This document shows, piece after piece, positions 1 to 9,772 of a stretch of 64,000 bases of DNA. A program made the translations under genes and the position numbers. Where the stretch lies: the NCBI GenBank assembly GCA_963823655.1, contig CAWGMK010000012.1, positions 1-64,000 of the forward strand. Reading direction: 5' to 3'. The DNA is from an uncultured Bacillota bacterium. GTDB taxonomy: Bacteria; Bacillota; DTU025; MWDF01. Position 1 is the stretch's first letter. Each line of letters begins with the position of its first letter. The notes under the pieces were generated by a model. That model ran no database searches, had not been told where the DNA came from, and worked only from the letters and a program-made list of their open reading frames with translations.

Positions 1-72
1 TTAGTGCAACCATTTCTTCCCATTTTCGTATATATATTGTTCAATTATAGGCTAGCGAAGAGAGGTATTTTA

Positions 73-591
73 ATGAATTTCAGTATGTATAGACAAGAAA
101 TTAATCAAATGATAGACAGTTTACCTGATGAAGAATTAGTGAAAGTTTACTGGTCCATTGAAGCTATCCGCCAAAAATATCTCTTTACTAAAAACATGCT
201 TGATAAAGGGGTAGTTATTTTAACCTTATTGGAAAAAGAGCATGGAATTATGGACCTATGGGATAGCTCATTTGCAAAGAACATTAGCGATGAGACCAAA
301 AGTAAAATTCATTATAATCAGTATAAGTGGCATATTTTTAGTTATAAGAAGCAAGAATGTTTTGAAAAAGAAGCAGCAAGAAACGCATTTGATGCCATGA
401 TTAAAAATGAATTATATGTCATGTATCAAAATCTTCCTGATATTGTATTTGAATATAATAACGCTAATGATATTGTTGCATCCGATTTTGATTATGAACA
501 AGATATATATTTATTTGATAAGAATTTCACATGGACGTACGTATACACTCATGGATCAATGTGCGGACCATACTTTTATAAAAATGTTTAG
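73..591 (+). CDS. DUF4275-like hypothetical protein
   Basis: ORF with KWHIFSY and DIYLFDKNFTWTYVYTH..CGPYF motifs; likely ATG at 73 after AGAGG. Confidence 0.6.
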   Translation: MNFSMYRQEINQMIDSLPDEELVKVYWSIEAIRQKYLFTKNMLDKGVVILTLLEKEHGIMDLWDSSFAKNISDETKSKIHYNQYKWHIFSYKKQECFEKEAARNAFDAMIKNELYVMYQNLPDIVFEYNNANDIVASDFDYEQDIYLFDKNFTWTYVYTHGSMCGPYFYKNV

Positions 592-630
592 GGGTAGTTA
601 AACTTTTCAAGAAACGAAGCAACTTAATGA

Positions 631-690
631 CAACAGGTTGCAGGCATAATCACATAATCGGCAGCCTGTTGAACTAACGGGCAGTATTCT
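631..690 (+). repeat. attC-like repeat copy (hairpin plus site B)
   Basis: AACAGGTTGC..GCAGCCTGTT hairpin then GAACTAACGGGCAGTATT. Confidence 0.7.
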
Positions 691-746
691 AATAAGTTAT
701 ATTGATTGAAGGGAAAAGGATAAACAAAGTCGAAATTGTAATGTAA

Positions 747-1259
747 GTGGGTTATTATACCAATTGGGAGGGATATTTCTTGCAGAGTAAAGAACTGTTG
801 ATAAAAGAATTTTCTACACTGATTCCGTTTGTTCAATCATTAAGGCAATTAGACGATGGAACATGGGTTACTCCAATAGAGGAGGGCAAGTGGACAACAA
901 GAGATGTTGTTGCTCATCTCATGTTTTGGGATAAATATTTCTTTGAGGAAGCTATTGAAAAGATAACTAATCGCCAGCAAGTGACATCCCAGCACCTTAA
1001 CTTCGATGAATTTAACAAAAGAGCGATCGAATATGCAAAGACAAAAGAAAAGCAAGAGATTATAGATATGACCATCCATTATCGAAGTGAAATTCTTCGT
1101 CACTTGGGTCTCATACCCGAAGAAGAATTCATAAAAGAGCATGTTGACGGGGACGGTAACAATTTTTCTGTTTATAATTATCTAATGGGCTTTATTCCAC
1201 ATGATGCCCAGCACATAAACCAACTAAAAGACTTCTTAGCCACAGTTCAAACAAGTTAA
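747..1259 (+). CDS. DinB family protein
   Basis: GKWTTRDVVAHL and HDAQHINQL DinB/YfiT histidine pattern. Confidence 0.8.
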   Translation: MGYYTNWEGYFLQSKELLIKEFSTLIPFVQSLRQLDDGTWVTPIEEGKWTTRDVVAHLMFWDKYFFEEAIEKITNRQQVTSQHLNFDEFNKRAIEYAKTKEKQEIIDMTIHYRSEILRHLGLIPEEEFIKEHVDGDGNNFSVYNYLMGFIPHDAQHINQLKDFLATVQTS

Positions 1260-1344
1260 GCGATCAAGTAAGAGTCCATCCAATATCGGATGGACTTTTT
1301 TCAAAACACGTCGTTACAGACAGCGCGTGAAGCGTGCCACAAGT

Positions 1345-1425
1345 CATTACGCTAACGAGAAACGATAGTGAAGGGAGCTTGCCAGCTCCTTTTTTGTTCA
1401 TTCAAGTAACGGGCAGGATTAGTGG
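1345..1425 (+). repeat. attC-like repeat, full copy
   Basis: CATTACGCTAACGAGAAACGATAGTGAA - GGAGCT..AGCTCC T-tract - CATTCAAGTAACGGGCAGGATTAGT. Confidence 0.85.
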
Positions 1426-1625
1426 AACGAATATACTCAAATAAAAGACTTTTGGATAAAATAACCAAAGATGCAACCTTAATAATAACTATCGAGTCTA
1501 TAATTTTATGAGTATTTGATTCAACGACCTTGTTAGGGTAGGTATCAGTCCTGCTATAAATATTGTAAAGTGGGGTAATTAACAGTGGAAGTTATGTATT
1601 TCCAGAGTTTGTATTTTTAAGACCA

Positions 1626-1886
1626 GTGTTTATTGCATTTATCATTGCATTACTTCTTGTGCTGGTTACTGTTGTCTTCCAAAGGAAGACATTATTAAAC
1701 TTATTTTCAGTAATGTTCATATCAATCATCTGCTCTTGTGTATCTGCAATAACCATTTATGTAAGTGGCTACATTGTGGATGAATATAACTTGGGCGGAG
1801 ATGTAGTTACATTTTTTATGTTTTTAGCTATTGTAGGTTTGTCATTCCTCAATGTATTGATTTATTTGTCTAGGAAATATTCGTAA
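1626..1886 (+). CDS. small membrane protein (start may lie further upstream)
   Basis: ORF with about 3 hydrophobic segments. Confidence 0.55.
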   Translation: MFIAFIIALLLVLVTVVFQRKTLLNLFSVMFISIICSCVSAITIYVSGYIVDEYNLGGDVVTFFMFLAIVGLSFLNVLIYLSRKYS

Positions 1887-1946
1887 GTATAAAAATGAAA
1901 CTGAAAACCTTCTAAATTTCAGGACACAATCAAATTGCATTATTAA

Positions 1947-3411
1947 CTTGAGTGTTGCGAAAATATTGCTGTCGGCTAACAACGGATAAGGCAATAAATT
2001 GAGAAGCTTCGTCGAAAGAATAAACAGAAGAAGGACATCACCCTTTGATAGAGAAATTGTTGTTCACCACAAACCACAATTTCCAAGAAAAGGAGATGTC
2101 CCACTCTCATGGTATCCCTCTACCTGCCTATCGTCAAGTTCATTTTTGCTTTGAAGCTGGAATTTTCTAAACCGCAGCTTGGTCATCTGTTTACTCTCGT
2201 TCACGGCATCATTCTTTGTGCTGGTCGTAAAAATATTACACAAATTCAGCAAGCTACCCGAGGAGATCGTCACCTCAGCAATGTCACGAATTTTTTGAAT
2301 CATTCACCATGGTGCGTCAATCGCATGCAGCGTAGACGTATGCACTTCGTAATGGATAAGATTCGCACGAAGCGAGCAAAGAGCGGTGACTCTCGGCAAC
2401 TTGTATTCTTCATCGTGGATGATACTTGCTGTAAGAAAGAAACCTCGACGAAAAAAATGGAAGCCCTCAGCTTTCAATATTCACACGAAGCTGGAAAATC
2501 AGTCTGGTGCCACTGCGTTGTCACGGCTCACGTGGTAAGCGAAGGCAGTTCCTATGCCTGGGATTTCCGCCCATATTACCGTGAAGAATATTGCGATGAG
2601 CACCGCTCTATCATTCAAAAGCAAGAATGATCTTGCCCTAGAAATGATTGAAGCATTTCCGGCTACGCAAGATGAGCAGGTTTACGTTCTCATGGATAGC
2701 TGGTATACCAGTGAGAAAGTTATCAATGCCTGCAATCGAAAGGGATTTCACGTCATCGCCGCTGTAAAGACGAACCGTCTAATCTGCGTGAGCGGCGTAA
2801 CAATTTCTATGGCTGATTTCGCTGCCCAGTACATTCGCAAGTCTGACCTACGCTCCGTTACGGTGGAAAGTCAGGGGACGTACTGGATTTATGAATATGA
2901 AGGTCCTTTAAGCGAAATGGAAAACGTCAAAGCTTTGCTGTCTTGGAAAGATGGATATGTTGATTCGAGCAAACCTCAGGTTTGTCTCCTGTGCACGGAT
3001 TTAAGCTTGGATCTCGTTACGATCCAACGTTATTATCACGTACGCTGGAACATCGAAACCGGCTATCGCTATTTCAAGGAACTGCTAGGCTTCGACCAAT
3101 ATCAGTTGCTCTCATTTGAAGGCATTCAGCGGTTTTGGGCCATCCAGTATCTGACGCAAAACTATTTGGAATCTCAGCGTCAGGACTGGATGAAGAACAA
3201 CAAACATCTTACACTTGGAGATGTGGTGTATCGCATTCGGCAAGAGTATTTCGGGCAAATCATCGTCTATGTATACCAACAAGCCTTGGAAAAGAAGCCG
3301 TTATTCGACATCTTAAAGCATCTCAAGATACCCGCCTAACTTGCTGTTATCTCGCGTCTACTATAGGTCTGCCCATTAATGCTCTCTGAGAGTGAATTCG
3401 CAAGAGTCAAG
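1947..3411 (+). mobile_element. IS701-family insertion sequence
   Basis: 15-bp terminal IRs CTTGAGTGTTGCGAA / TTCGCAAGAGTCAAG (13/15 match); TAA on both flanks; DDE transposase inside. Confidence 0.85.
2109..3339 (+). pseudogene. IS701-family DDE transposase, frameshifted near 2605
   Basis: Overlapping ORFs 2109-2630 and 2554-3339; motifs IVDDT, VLMDSWY, RWNIETGYRYFKELLG. Confidence 0.85.
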
Positions 3412-3490
3412 TAATGTATATATTATGGTCAAACTGTACTTTGTGTTTAGATACATTACGGTGAACCGTACCATAAATGACAGGTCAGGT

Positions 3491-3574
3491 CATTAAGCTA
3501 ACGGGATACGATAGTGAAGTTGCAAGCCTCAAGGTTGCTCCTTTTTTTGTTCATTCAAGTAACGGGCATAAATG
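3491..3574 (+). repeat. attC-like repeat, full copy
   Basis: CATTAAGCTAACGGGATACGATAGTGAA ... CATTCAAGTAACGGGCAT. Confidence 0.85.
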
Positions 3575-3655
3575 TATAATTTTTACATTTAAAAGGATAT
3601 TCAAGTTAGATAGCGAAAAGGGTACATCTTAGAGCTTTCCAAATTGAGGTGAAAA

Positions 3656-4153
3656 ATGCCAAATATTAAATTCTTGAAGATTTGCACATTAATTTTGCTC
3701 ATACTCTTATTTTTGTCAGCCTGTCTTAATAAGAATAACATTACTGCAGATGAGCAAGAGGAAGTTAAAGAAAATATTACTAAATATTTAGAAGCCGTTA
3801 TCAACAAAAATTTTGAGACAGTGTATGACTTAACAGAAAGTAATCAAAAAAAGTACGATTCATTAGATAATTTGAAGGAAAAACAAATGGGTATTAAGAG
3901 CCTGGAAATTAGCAATTTAAAACCGTATCACGGGCTTGATTTAAACGATTATACCCCAACCAGATTGTTTAAAGTTGAATTAAACATCACTCCAAATGAT
4001 TATGGTTCTTGGAATGATGGGATAAATCCACGGTTTATTTGGGGGGTAAAAGAAGGTGGTGTATGGAAGGTGTCTGGTTTTGCCGAATCCCCGTCAGGGG
4101 AAATAAACGATTATCAGAAAGGACTTCAAGAATCTGCGCTTTCTTTTCGTTAA
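3656..4153 (+). CDS. lipoprotein, DUF4829-like
   Basis: Lipobox LSAC; WNDG..RFI..VKEGGVWKV C-terminus. Confidence 0.6.
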   Translation: MPNIKFLKICTLILLILLFLSACLNKNNITADEQEEVKENITKYLEAVINKNFETVYDLTESNQKKYDSLDNLKEKQMGIKSLEISNLKPYHGLDLNDYTPTRLFKVELNITPNDYGSWNDGINPRFIWGVKEGGVWKVSGFAESPSGEINDYQKGLQESALSFR

Positions 4154-4161
4154 CGCAGAAC

Positions 4162-4244
4162 GTTGAGCTAACTTGGATACGATAGTTGAGGGGCTTGCTT
4201 CGCGGCAGTTCCTCTTTTTTATTAAAGTAACGGGCAGCATTGCG
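4162..4244 (+). repeat. attC-like repeat, full copy
   Basis: GTTGAGCTAACTTGGATACGATAGTTGA ... ATTAAAGTAACGGGCAGCATT. Confidence 0.8.
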
Positions 4245-4626
4245 TATCATTTCAACGAATAAATATTGTTAAAGAGATGAACATAATGGGGTATCTAAAG
4301 ATAGAAAGATTTTAGACCACATTTTTAAATGCTATACATTGAGAATTATGCTTTCGTAAATTTTGACAGCTTTAATCCTACAATTATTAAATATCAATTG
4401 AAGCTAATAAATAGACATCTTTTATAGTTCAATCGTCAGATAAAGATAACGCTTATATTTCTCGGGGATGTTCTATTTTTGGTATCATTTTGTGAGTATT
4501 CCAACTGATTATAGGATGATGAGGAATAAGTACAAATTAAATCTTTTGAAATTACGATTAAGTTGTTTATTTGAAGTATGAAAAACTCGATGGGCTTAAT
4601 TCTCAACATTAGCATCGAAATAATTA

Positions 4627-4935
4627 TTGACTAATCCAATATATGGTTTATACTGGTAACAAATAGTTGAATGGTGGGATATGTGCAGTGATGATGATGG
4701 TGTTTCTGACGGAAGTTAAAGGTTAATCTAACCTAATAGCACATGAGCGTGACCGAGGCACTCTACTTATCTAGGTAGGGACAGCTTTGCTGTGTCGTCG
4801 TTCATGTACTCCGTCATGAACCAAATCATCATCACTGCTTCCGTATTGAATGCTTGGGACAAGGCATTGTCTTGTTTAGGCATTTCTACGGAATGGAAGC
4901 CGTGGGTGAACGATTGTTCATCCATGGCTTTTTCT
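4627..4935 (+). promoter_or_regulatory. sigmaA-like promoter plus structured leader/attenuator upstream of cysC
   Basis: TTGACT(4627)-16-TATACT; 14-bp complement 4685-4698/4825-4838; 12-codon uORF 4681-4719; terminator-like hairpin 4897-4935. Confidence 0.55.
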
Positions 4936-5017
4936 ATTTCCATTCACTATTTTATTTCCATTTGTATCTCTCAAATAAAGGGAGGAATTTACCATACCTA
5001 GAGAAGTCATAGAAAGA

Positions 5018-5554
5018 ATGAACGGGCACAAGGGTGGAGTTGTTTGGTTTACCGGCTTGCCTGGTTCAGGCAAAACAACGTTAGCCAATGAAGTGAAAAA
5101 AGAAATGCTTCAATGCGGTATCCGATGTGTAGTCATAGATGGAGATTGTTTGAGAAAGGGACTAAACCAAGATCTCGGATTTTCAGAAGCACATCGGATA
5201 GAAAATCTTCGACGAGCCGCTGAAGTTGCGCTTATGTTCATGGAAGCAGGTTTTCTCGTCTTGGCTCCACTTATTTCGCCCTCCGAATCGGGTAGGGTGA
5301 TCGTCAGGCAGTGTTTTCAGCCGGAAGATTACACAGAATTATTTATTAAGTGTTCATTAACGGAATGCAAGCGGCGGGATCCGAAGGGGATGTACCGCCT
5401 CGCCGAAGCCGGCGAACTTCCGAACTTCACGGGCATATCTGCACCATACGAACCGCCAGTTCAGCCTGACCTTGTGCTGGATACGGAGAGATTTCATTTG
5501 CAGCACTGCGTCGACACCCTCGCCAACTATTTACGATTAAAAACAAAAAACTAA
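5018..5554 (+). CDS. cysC: adenylyl-sulfate kinase
   Basis: WFTGLPGSGKTT, DGD.LR.GL..DLGFS, RDPKGMY, FTGISAPYEPP. Confidence 0.95.
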   Translation: MNGHKGGVVWFTGLPGSGKTTLANEVKKEMLQCGIRCVVIDGDCLRKGLNQDLGFSEAHRIENLRRAAEVALMFMEAGFLVLAPLISPSESGRVIVRQCFQPEDYTELFIKCSLTECKRRDPKGMYRLAEAGELPNFTGISAPYEPPVQPDLVLDTERFHLQHCVDTLANYLRLKTKN

Positions 5555-5574
5555 ACCCATAAGGAGAATGTTCA

Positions 5575-6300
5575 ATGAAACCATTACGCAGTTACACAAT
5601 CTGGTTTTCGCAGCGGACCGGAAGTACCTTGTTGTATAAAGCACTCGAATCGACGGAGGTAGCAGGAATTCCAGGAGAGTGGCTGACGGAGCCAGATCCC
5701 GGTACATTCGGCATCCAGGATATACGGCAAATGTGGCAAAATGGTACGACTTCAAATGGCGTATTCGGGCTCAAGATCTCGTCTGTCAAGCTGGATGAAT
5801 GGTTGCATACGTTCCAAAGAGAGTTACATCTGCCAGAAGGGCTGTCTAGGCCACAGATTTGGGAAGAAGCCTTCCCGGCTTGTAAACACATTTTTATGAC
5901 ACGTCGCAATAAAGTGAGGCTCGCGGTGTCGTGGTGGAGAGCTATCGTATCCGGAGAATGGCACCGGGTACATGGCACGAGACCACATCAGGAGGAGATA
6001 GCGGATAAGTATTCCTTTGATGCGATTAATCATTTGCTTGTGGAGTGCACGTTACGTGAAGCAGCCATGGAAGCATTTTTCGCAGAGGAGCGTATTGTAC
6101 CTATGACGATCGTATACGAAGACTTTATCCTGAACTACGAAGATACGGTTATGAACGTATTGAACTTTCTGAACATACCGACGGAATCTGTTCAGGTAGC
6201 CGCTCCGTTCTTCGACCCAATCGCCGATGATATCGCTGAAAGCTGGGTACAACGTTTTCGGAAGGAGCGGCAAGCGGGCTGGGAGAACATAGCTTGGTGA
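5575..6300 (+). CDS. Stf0-family sulfotransferase
   Basis: QRTGSTLL PAPS loop, GVFGLK, RRNKVRLAVSWWRA, IVYED. Confidence 0.85.
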   Translation: MKPLRSYTIWFSQRTGSTLLYKALESTEVAGIPGEWLTEPDPGTFGIQDIRQMWQNGTTSNGVFGLKISSVKLDEWLHTFQRELHLPEGLSRPQIWEEAFPACKHIFMTRRNKVRLAVSWWRAIVSGEWHRVHGTRPHQEEIADKYSFDAINHLLVECTLREAAMEAFFAEERIVPMTIVYEDFILNYEDTVMNVLNFLNIPTESVQVAAPFFDPIADDIAESWVQRFRKERQAGWENIAW

Positions 6301-6470
6301 TTTAAACACAGCAATATAAAGCAAATGTATTAATGAACTAGGTTTCAGCAAATTGATAAAAAAATGACGAAGTAGCTACCACGCAGCTCCTTTTGACTCG
6401 TTCACAAAAACACCCAGTTTTATGAAGATATCTGTTTAAATTTAACAGAGGGGATTACCTGAATGTGATT

Positions 6471-6492
6471 GTTACGGAGAACGTTAGCTCAA
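6471..6492 (+). repeat. attC-like repeat, site A only
   Basis: GTTACGGAGAACGTTAGCTCAA. Confidence 0.55.
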
Positions 6493-6675
6493 GATCAATG
6501 TTAGAAGGTAGCGGATCAAATCAGTTCAGGTGCCTTTTCACCGTTGAGTAAATGTTACACGATTGAAATCTTATTTTCATCTGGTATTAATCATTAAAGG
6601 TTATAATAAAAATCGACCCCCTTTAAAATATAAACTTAGACTCGCAGCCCGTTGCTGTGGGTCTCTTTTTTTGTT

Positions 6676-6699
6676 ATTAAACTAAAGGGTAGGATACTT
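6676..6699 (+). repeat. attC-like repeat, site B only
   Basis: ATTAAACTAAAGGGTAGGATACTT after a T-tract. Confidence 0.55.
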
Positions 6700-6756
6700 C
6701 CAGTATGTGCTAAAATATTAAGACGAGTTCATATTTGTGGCGGGAGGGAATTCCTT

Positions 6757-7150
6757 TTGAACAGGTGGGTTGGTGCAGCAGGTATATGTGTTAATTCTGA
6801 TAGTCAGTTACTAATGGTTTTACAAGGTAAACCAGAAGAAGAGAAACGATGGTCAGTACCGTCTGGGGGAAAAGACCAAGATGAAACCCTAGAAGACTGC
6901 TGTATCAGAGAGGTTTATGAGGAGACTGGTTACCGATGTAAAATCATCAAAGAAATTAAAAGTAAAGCAGGAGCTTTTCGTTCGAATTGAGTACTACGTA
7001 ACATATTCAAGGTGGAAATTTTAGAAGGACAACCAACAATTCAAGACCCTGATGGACTTATCTATGAAATTGCTTGGAAAACCTCTGAGCAGTTAAAAAA
7101 ACTGCAATTTTAGCCTTCCTGAAGATAAAGAGTTTTTGTTACAGTATATT
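6757..7150 (+). pseudogene. NUDIX hydrolase, frameshifted
   Basis: Nudix box GGKDQDETLEDCCIREVYEETG; coding-like sequence (IQDPDGLIYEIAWK) continues in another frame after 6990. Confidence 0.75.
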
Positions 7151-7159
7151 GACAAAAAA

Positions 7160-7250
7160 CATTGAACAATGGAGACGATACTTCAAAATAACATCTCGCG
7201 GCTGTCGTGAGATTGATCTAGAAGCCTCTTTAAACTCGTGGGTAGGATAC
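7160..7250 (+). repeat. attC-like repeat, degenerate full copy
   Basis: CATTGAACAATGGAGACGATACTTCAA - ATCTCGCG..CGTGAGAT - TTAAACTCGTGGGTAGGATAC. Confidence 0.55.
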
Positions 7251-7272
7251 GGAAAAGCTGAAGAGGTGAAAT

Positions 7273-7905
7273 ATGATTCGGGGAGTAATTATCGAAGGGT
7301 TGTCTACCGCAGGAAAAACATCAGTATTTTCTGCAATAAAGAGATTACATAGTCAAACACACAATGGTGAAAAAACAATAATTGCAATAAGTGAACACTA
7401 TTCACAAGTTTTGCATTCATACCAAGGCGTCTTAAGATCGATGGACAAGGATGAACATATTCAACTTTTAAATCGTCATGTTGATTATCTTGAGCAACAA
7501 TACAATTGGATTGATTCACTTGGTCATACGAAACCATCAAACGGTGTATTTTATCTTTTAGAGAGGTTCCATGTAAATCATCGAGCGGCATTTATAAATT
7601 CTTCAGAAATTGAGATGCTGGAAAAACGTCTATCAAGGCTGAATGCACATTGTGTACTATTAACCTTGTCCCAAGATGCTGTTGAGCCCAGATTTATTGA
7701 AAGTCGTAGCGAAGCTTGGAAATCATATGTGATGGAAAACCACTCTACGGTAACGGAGGCATGTCAGAAGTTCTTAGAGGATCAGGAAAAACTTCGCATG
7801 TGTGCGAAACATTCACTAATTCCCACTTTAGAGATAAACACAGACGAAGCAGACTGGGATTCTTATGCAAAACAAATACTCATGGAATTCAACTGGAAAC
7901 GATAG
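7273..7905 (+). CDS. P-loop nucleotide-kinase-like protein
   Basis: IIEGLSTAGKT Walker A, LLERFH. Confidence 0.65.
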   Translation: MIRGVIIEGLSTAGKTSVFSAIKRLHSQTHNGEKTIIAISEHYSQVLHSYQGVLRSMDKDEHIQLLNRHVDYLEQQYNWIDSLGHTKPSNGVFYLLERFHVNHRAAFINSSEIEMLEKRLSRLNAHCVLLTLSQDAVEPRFIESRSEAWKSYVMENHSTVTEACQKFLEDQEKLRMCAKHSLIPTLEINTDEADWDSYAKQILMEFNWKR

Positions 7906-7965
7906 TCAAAGCTGCTTCGCGGCAGCTCCTTTTTTGTTCATTCAAGTAACGGGCAGTATAGTTCC
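7886..7965 (+). repeat. attC-like repeat, full copy overlapping upstream stop codon
   Basis: ATTCAACTGGAAACGATAGTCAA - AGCTGC..GCAGCT - CATTCAAGTAACGGGCAGTATAGTTCC. Confidence 0.85.
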
Positions 7966-8239
7966 AAACATTTACAGTGGAATGCAGGAAACAGTCAAAA
8001 ATTATCGAATGTAATATTTGGAAGATAATTAGATTTGATGGTTTTTGAAAGAGAGGTCTCAGATTATGAGTAAATCTACGATTCGCTCCATGCAAAGTCT
8101 TGATCTATAAACAACGGCGGTTGTTTGTATGGAGCCAGAATTTATTTTACCGCCTTAATATCAGCGTTTTGTGATATTTGTTTATAGGATAGGCTTTGCA
8201 ACCTTAAATTTTCAATTAATTTTAAGGAGCAGAGCTATC

Positions 8240-8506
8240 ATGAAGTATGTGAACGCCGATAACATTTTTCCAGAAGAATTATTACAGGAAATACAGAAAT
8301 ATATCCACGGTAAAATGGTTTACGTCCCCACTCCTGAAGGACAACGGAAGAAATGGGGCGAAAATTCAGGAAGTCGAAAACATTTGAGCCACAGAAATGA
8401 AGAAATACGTCAACAATATATCGATGGTGCAACGATAGATGAACTTTCTGATCAATTCTGTCTTTCCAACGATAGTATTAAAAAGATAATTTATTCAAAA
8501 ATATAG
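8240..8506 (+). CDS. CD3324-like (Mor-type HTH) protein
   Basis: MKYVNA..FPEELLQEIQKY..G..VYVP....KKWGE.SG..RNEEI; AAGGAG RBS. Confidence 0.75.
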   Translation: MKYVNADNIFPEELLQEIQKYIHGKMVYVPTPEGQRKKWGENSGSRKHLSHRNEEIRQQYIDGATIDELSDQFCLSNDSIKKIIYSKI

Positions 8507-8637
8507 GTCAAGGAAATCACATCAGATCTCATGATGTGATTTTTTGTGTAATAAATGATTCTGAATTATCTTTTATATATTTTTCAAACTGTTTCCTTTG
8601 CTATGATTGAAAAAAAGCTTTCGGGGAGGGCATTGGG

Positions 8638-9492
8638 ATGTCACTACAAGTTCATCCATATTGCACTGAATTAGAGGATACAGTTAAAAATTTAAGTCAC
8701 AAAGCATGGATACTTTTTAAGTACAATAAAGATTTCGATCATCAAAGGATGAGTTGTGTATTTAATGAGGACGGTAAATTACTTTGTGTGGGATACTTAC
8801 GACACGGAATAGCTGATGATCATGATGTATTCGAAATCGAAATGCCTACTAATGAATTAGCTTCAAATCGTATGAATGAAGTGAGAATGGCACTTTACCC
8901 TATATTCATAAATACCTGTCAAAAGCTCCGTAATCCAAACAAGAAAACAAAGTTGGTTGCGTGGAAAGACTTTTATGGTGACAGCGAGTTTTACGAAGAG
9001 AAGGGCTTTATCCCTTATCAAACATATTTTATAGCACAACATTCACTTAAAAAACCCATGCCTGAAGTCAGAACGCCTGCTGGAGTTAATGTCAAATATC
9101 ACCCGATGGAATCCAAAGAAGAAAGAATCAAATATACCGAATTAGAAAAACAATTTTATCAAGGTGTTGTATACAGAAGTGTAAATATGTTGGGATGGAT
9201 GATGGGTGGTCCAGAGTTACATACCATTTCTGCTTTTGAAGGCGATGAACTTGTTGGCAGCGTTATGTGTTGGCAAACTGGTGCAGTTGAAAGATTATTT
9301 GTAATTCCTCGATGGCGTAATAAAGGGCTGGGTAAGTTTCTCATAACAAAGGGTTTTGAGTATCACATTAAGAATGGTCGAAAAGAAGTTGAGACGCTGG
9401 TTAATGAACAGAATAAGGAAGCTATGATGTTGTTAGAGTCAATGGGGTATACCTTTCCTATAAGATTAGAACTCAAGGCATTGGATGTTTAG
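8638..9492 (+). CDS. GNAT acetyltransferase
   Basis: C-terminal VIPRWRNKGLGK motif A. Confidence 0.8.
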   Translation: MSLQVHPYCTELEDTVKNLSHKAWILFKYNKDFDHQRMSCVFNEDGKLLCVGYLRHGIADDHDVFEIEMPTNELASNRMNEVRMALYPIFINTCQKLRNPNKKTKLVAWKDFYGDSEFYEEKGFIPYQTYFIAQHSLKKPMPEVRTPAGVNVKYHPMESKEERIKYTELEKQFYQGVVYRSVNMLGWMMGGPELHTISAFEGDELVGSVMCWQTGAVERLFVIPRWRNKGLGKFLITKGFEYHIKNGRKEVETLVNEQNKEAMMLLESMGYTFPIRLELKALDV

Positions 9493-9547
9493 CAAAGAAA
9501 AATAATATGTAAAAAGTAGTTTAAACATTATCCATCTGGCAGCCGTT

Positions 9548-9624
9548 ATTCCGCTAACAGAAAACTATAGCTCAATTAACATCAGGAGAAGGCTACCGAC
9601 ATCAAATGGATCGGCAACCTTCTC
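9548..9624 (+). repeat. attC-like repeat (site A plus hairpin)
   Basis: ATTCCGCTAACAGAAAACTATAGCTCAA then GAGAAGG..CCTTCTC. Confidence 0.65.
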
Positions 9625-9772
9625 ATCTAAGCCGAGGGATGGTCAGGAGAGTTTAAAAAACCACAGGGGTTTCAAGGGATAAAACGGATTATAAAATAAA
9701 TTACCGCGTTGGCGTTGGCAGCCTTCTTGTTTGTTAAAATGAGAAGAGAACGTTTAACAAAGGGGATTTGTT

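Noticed and set aside
4681-4935. T-box or SAM riboswitch call for the cysC leader
   Set aside because: No T-box GGTGGNACC or S-box core recognisable; kept only as an unnamed structured leader.
6625-6642. AAAATATAAACTTAGACT, and similar at 1495-1510 on the minus strand, as extra TnsB sites
   Set aside because: Single AT-rich matches without a terminal TGT or a tandem partner.
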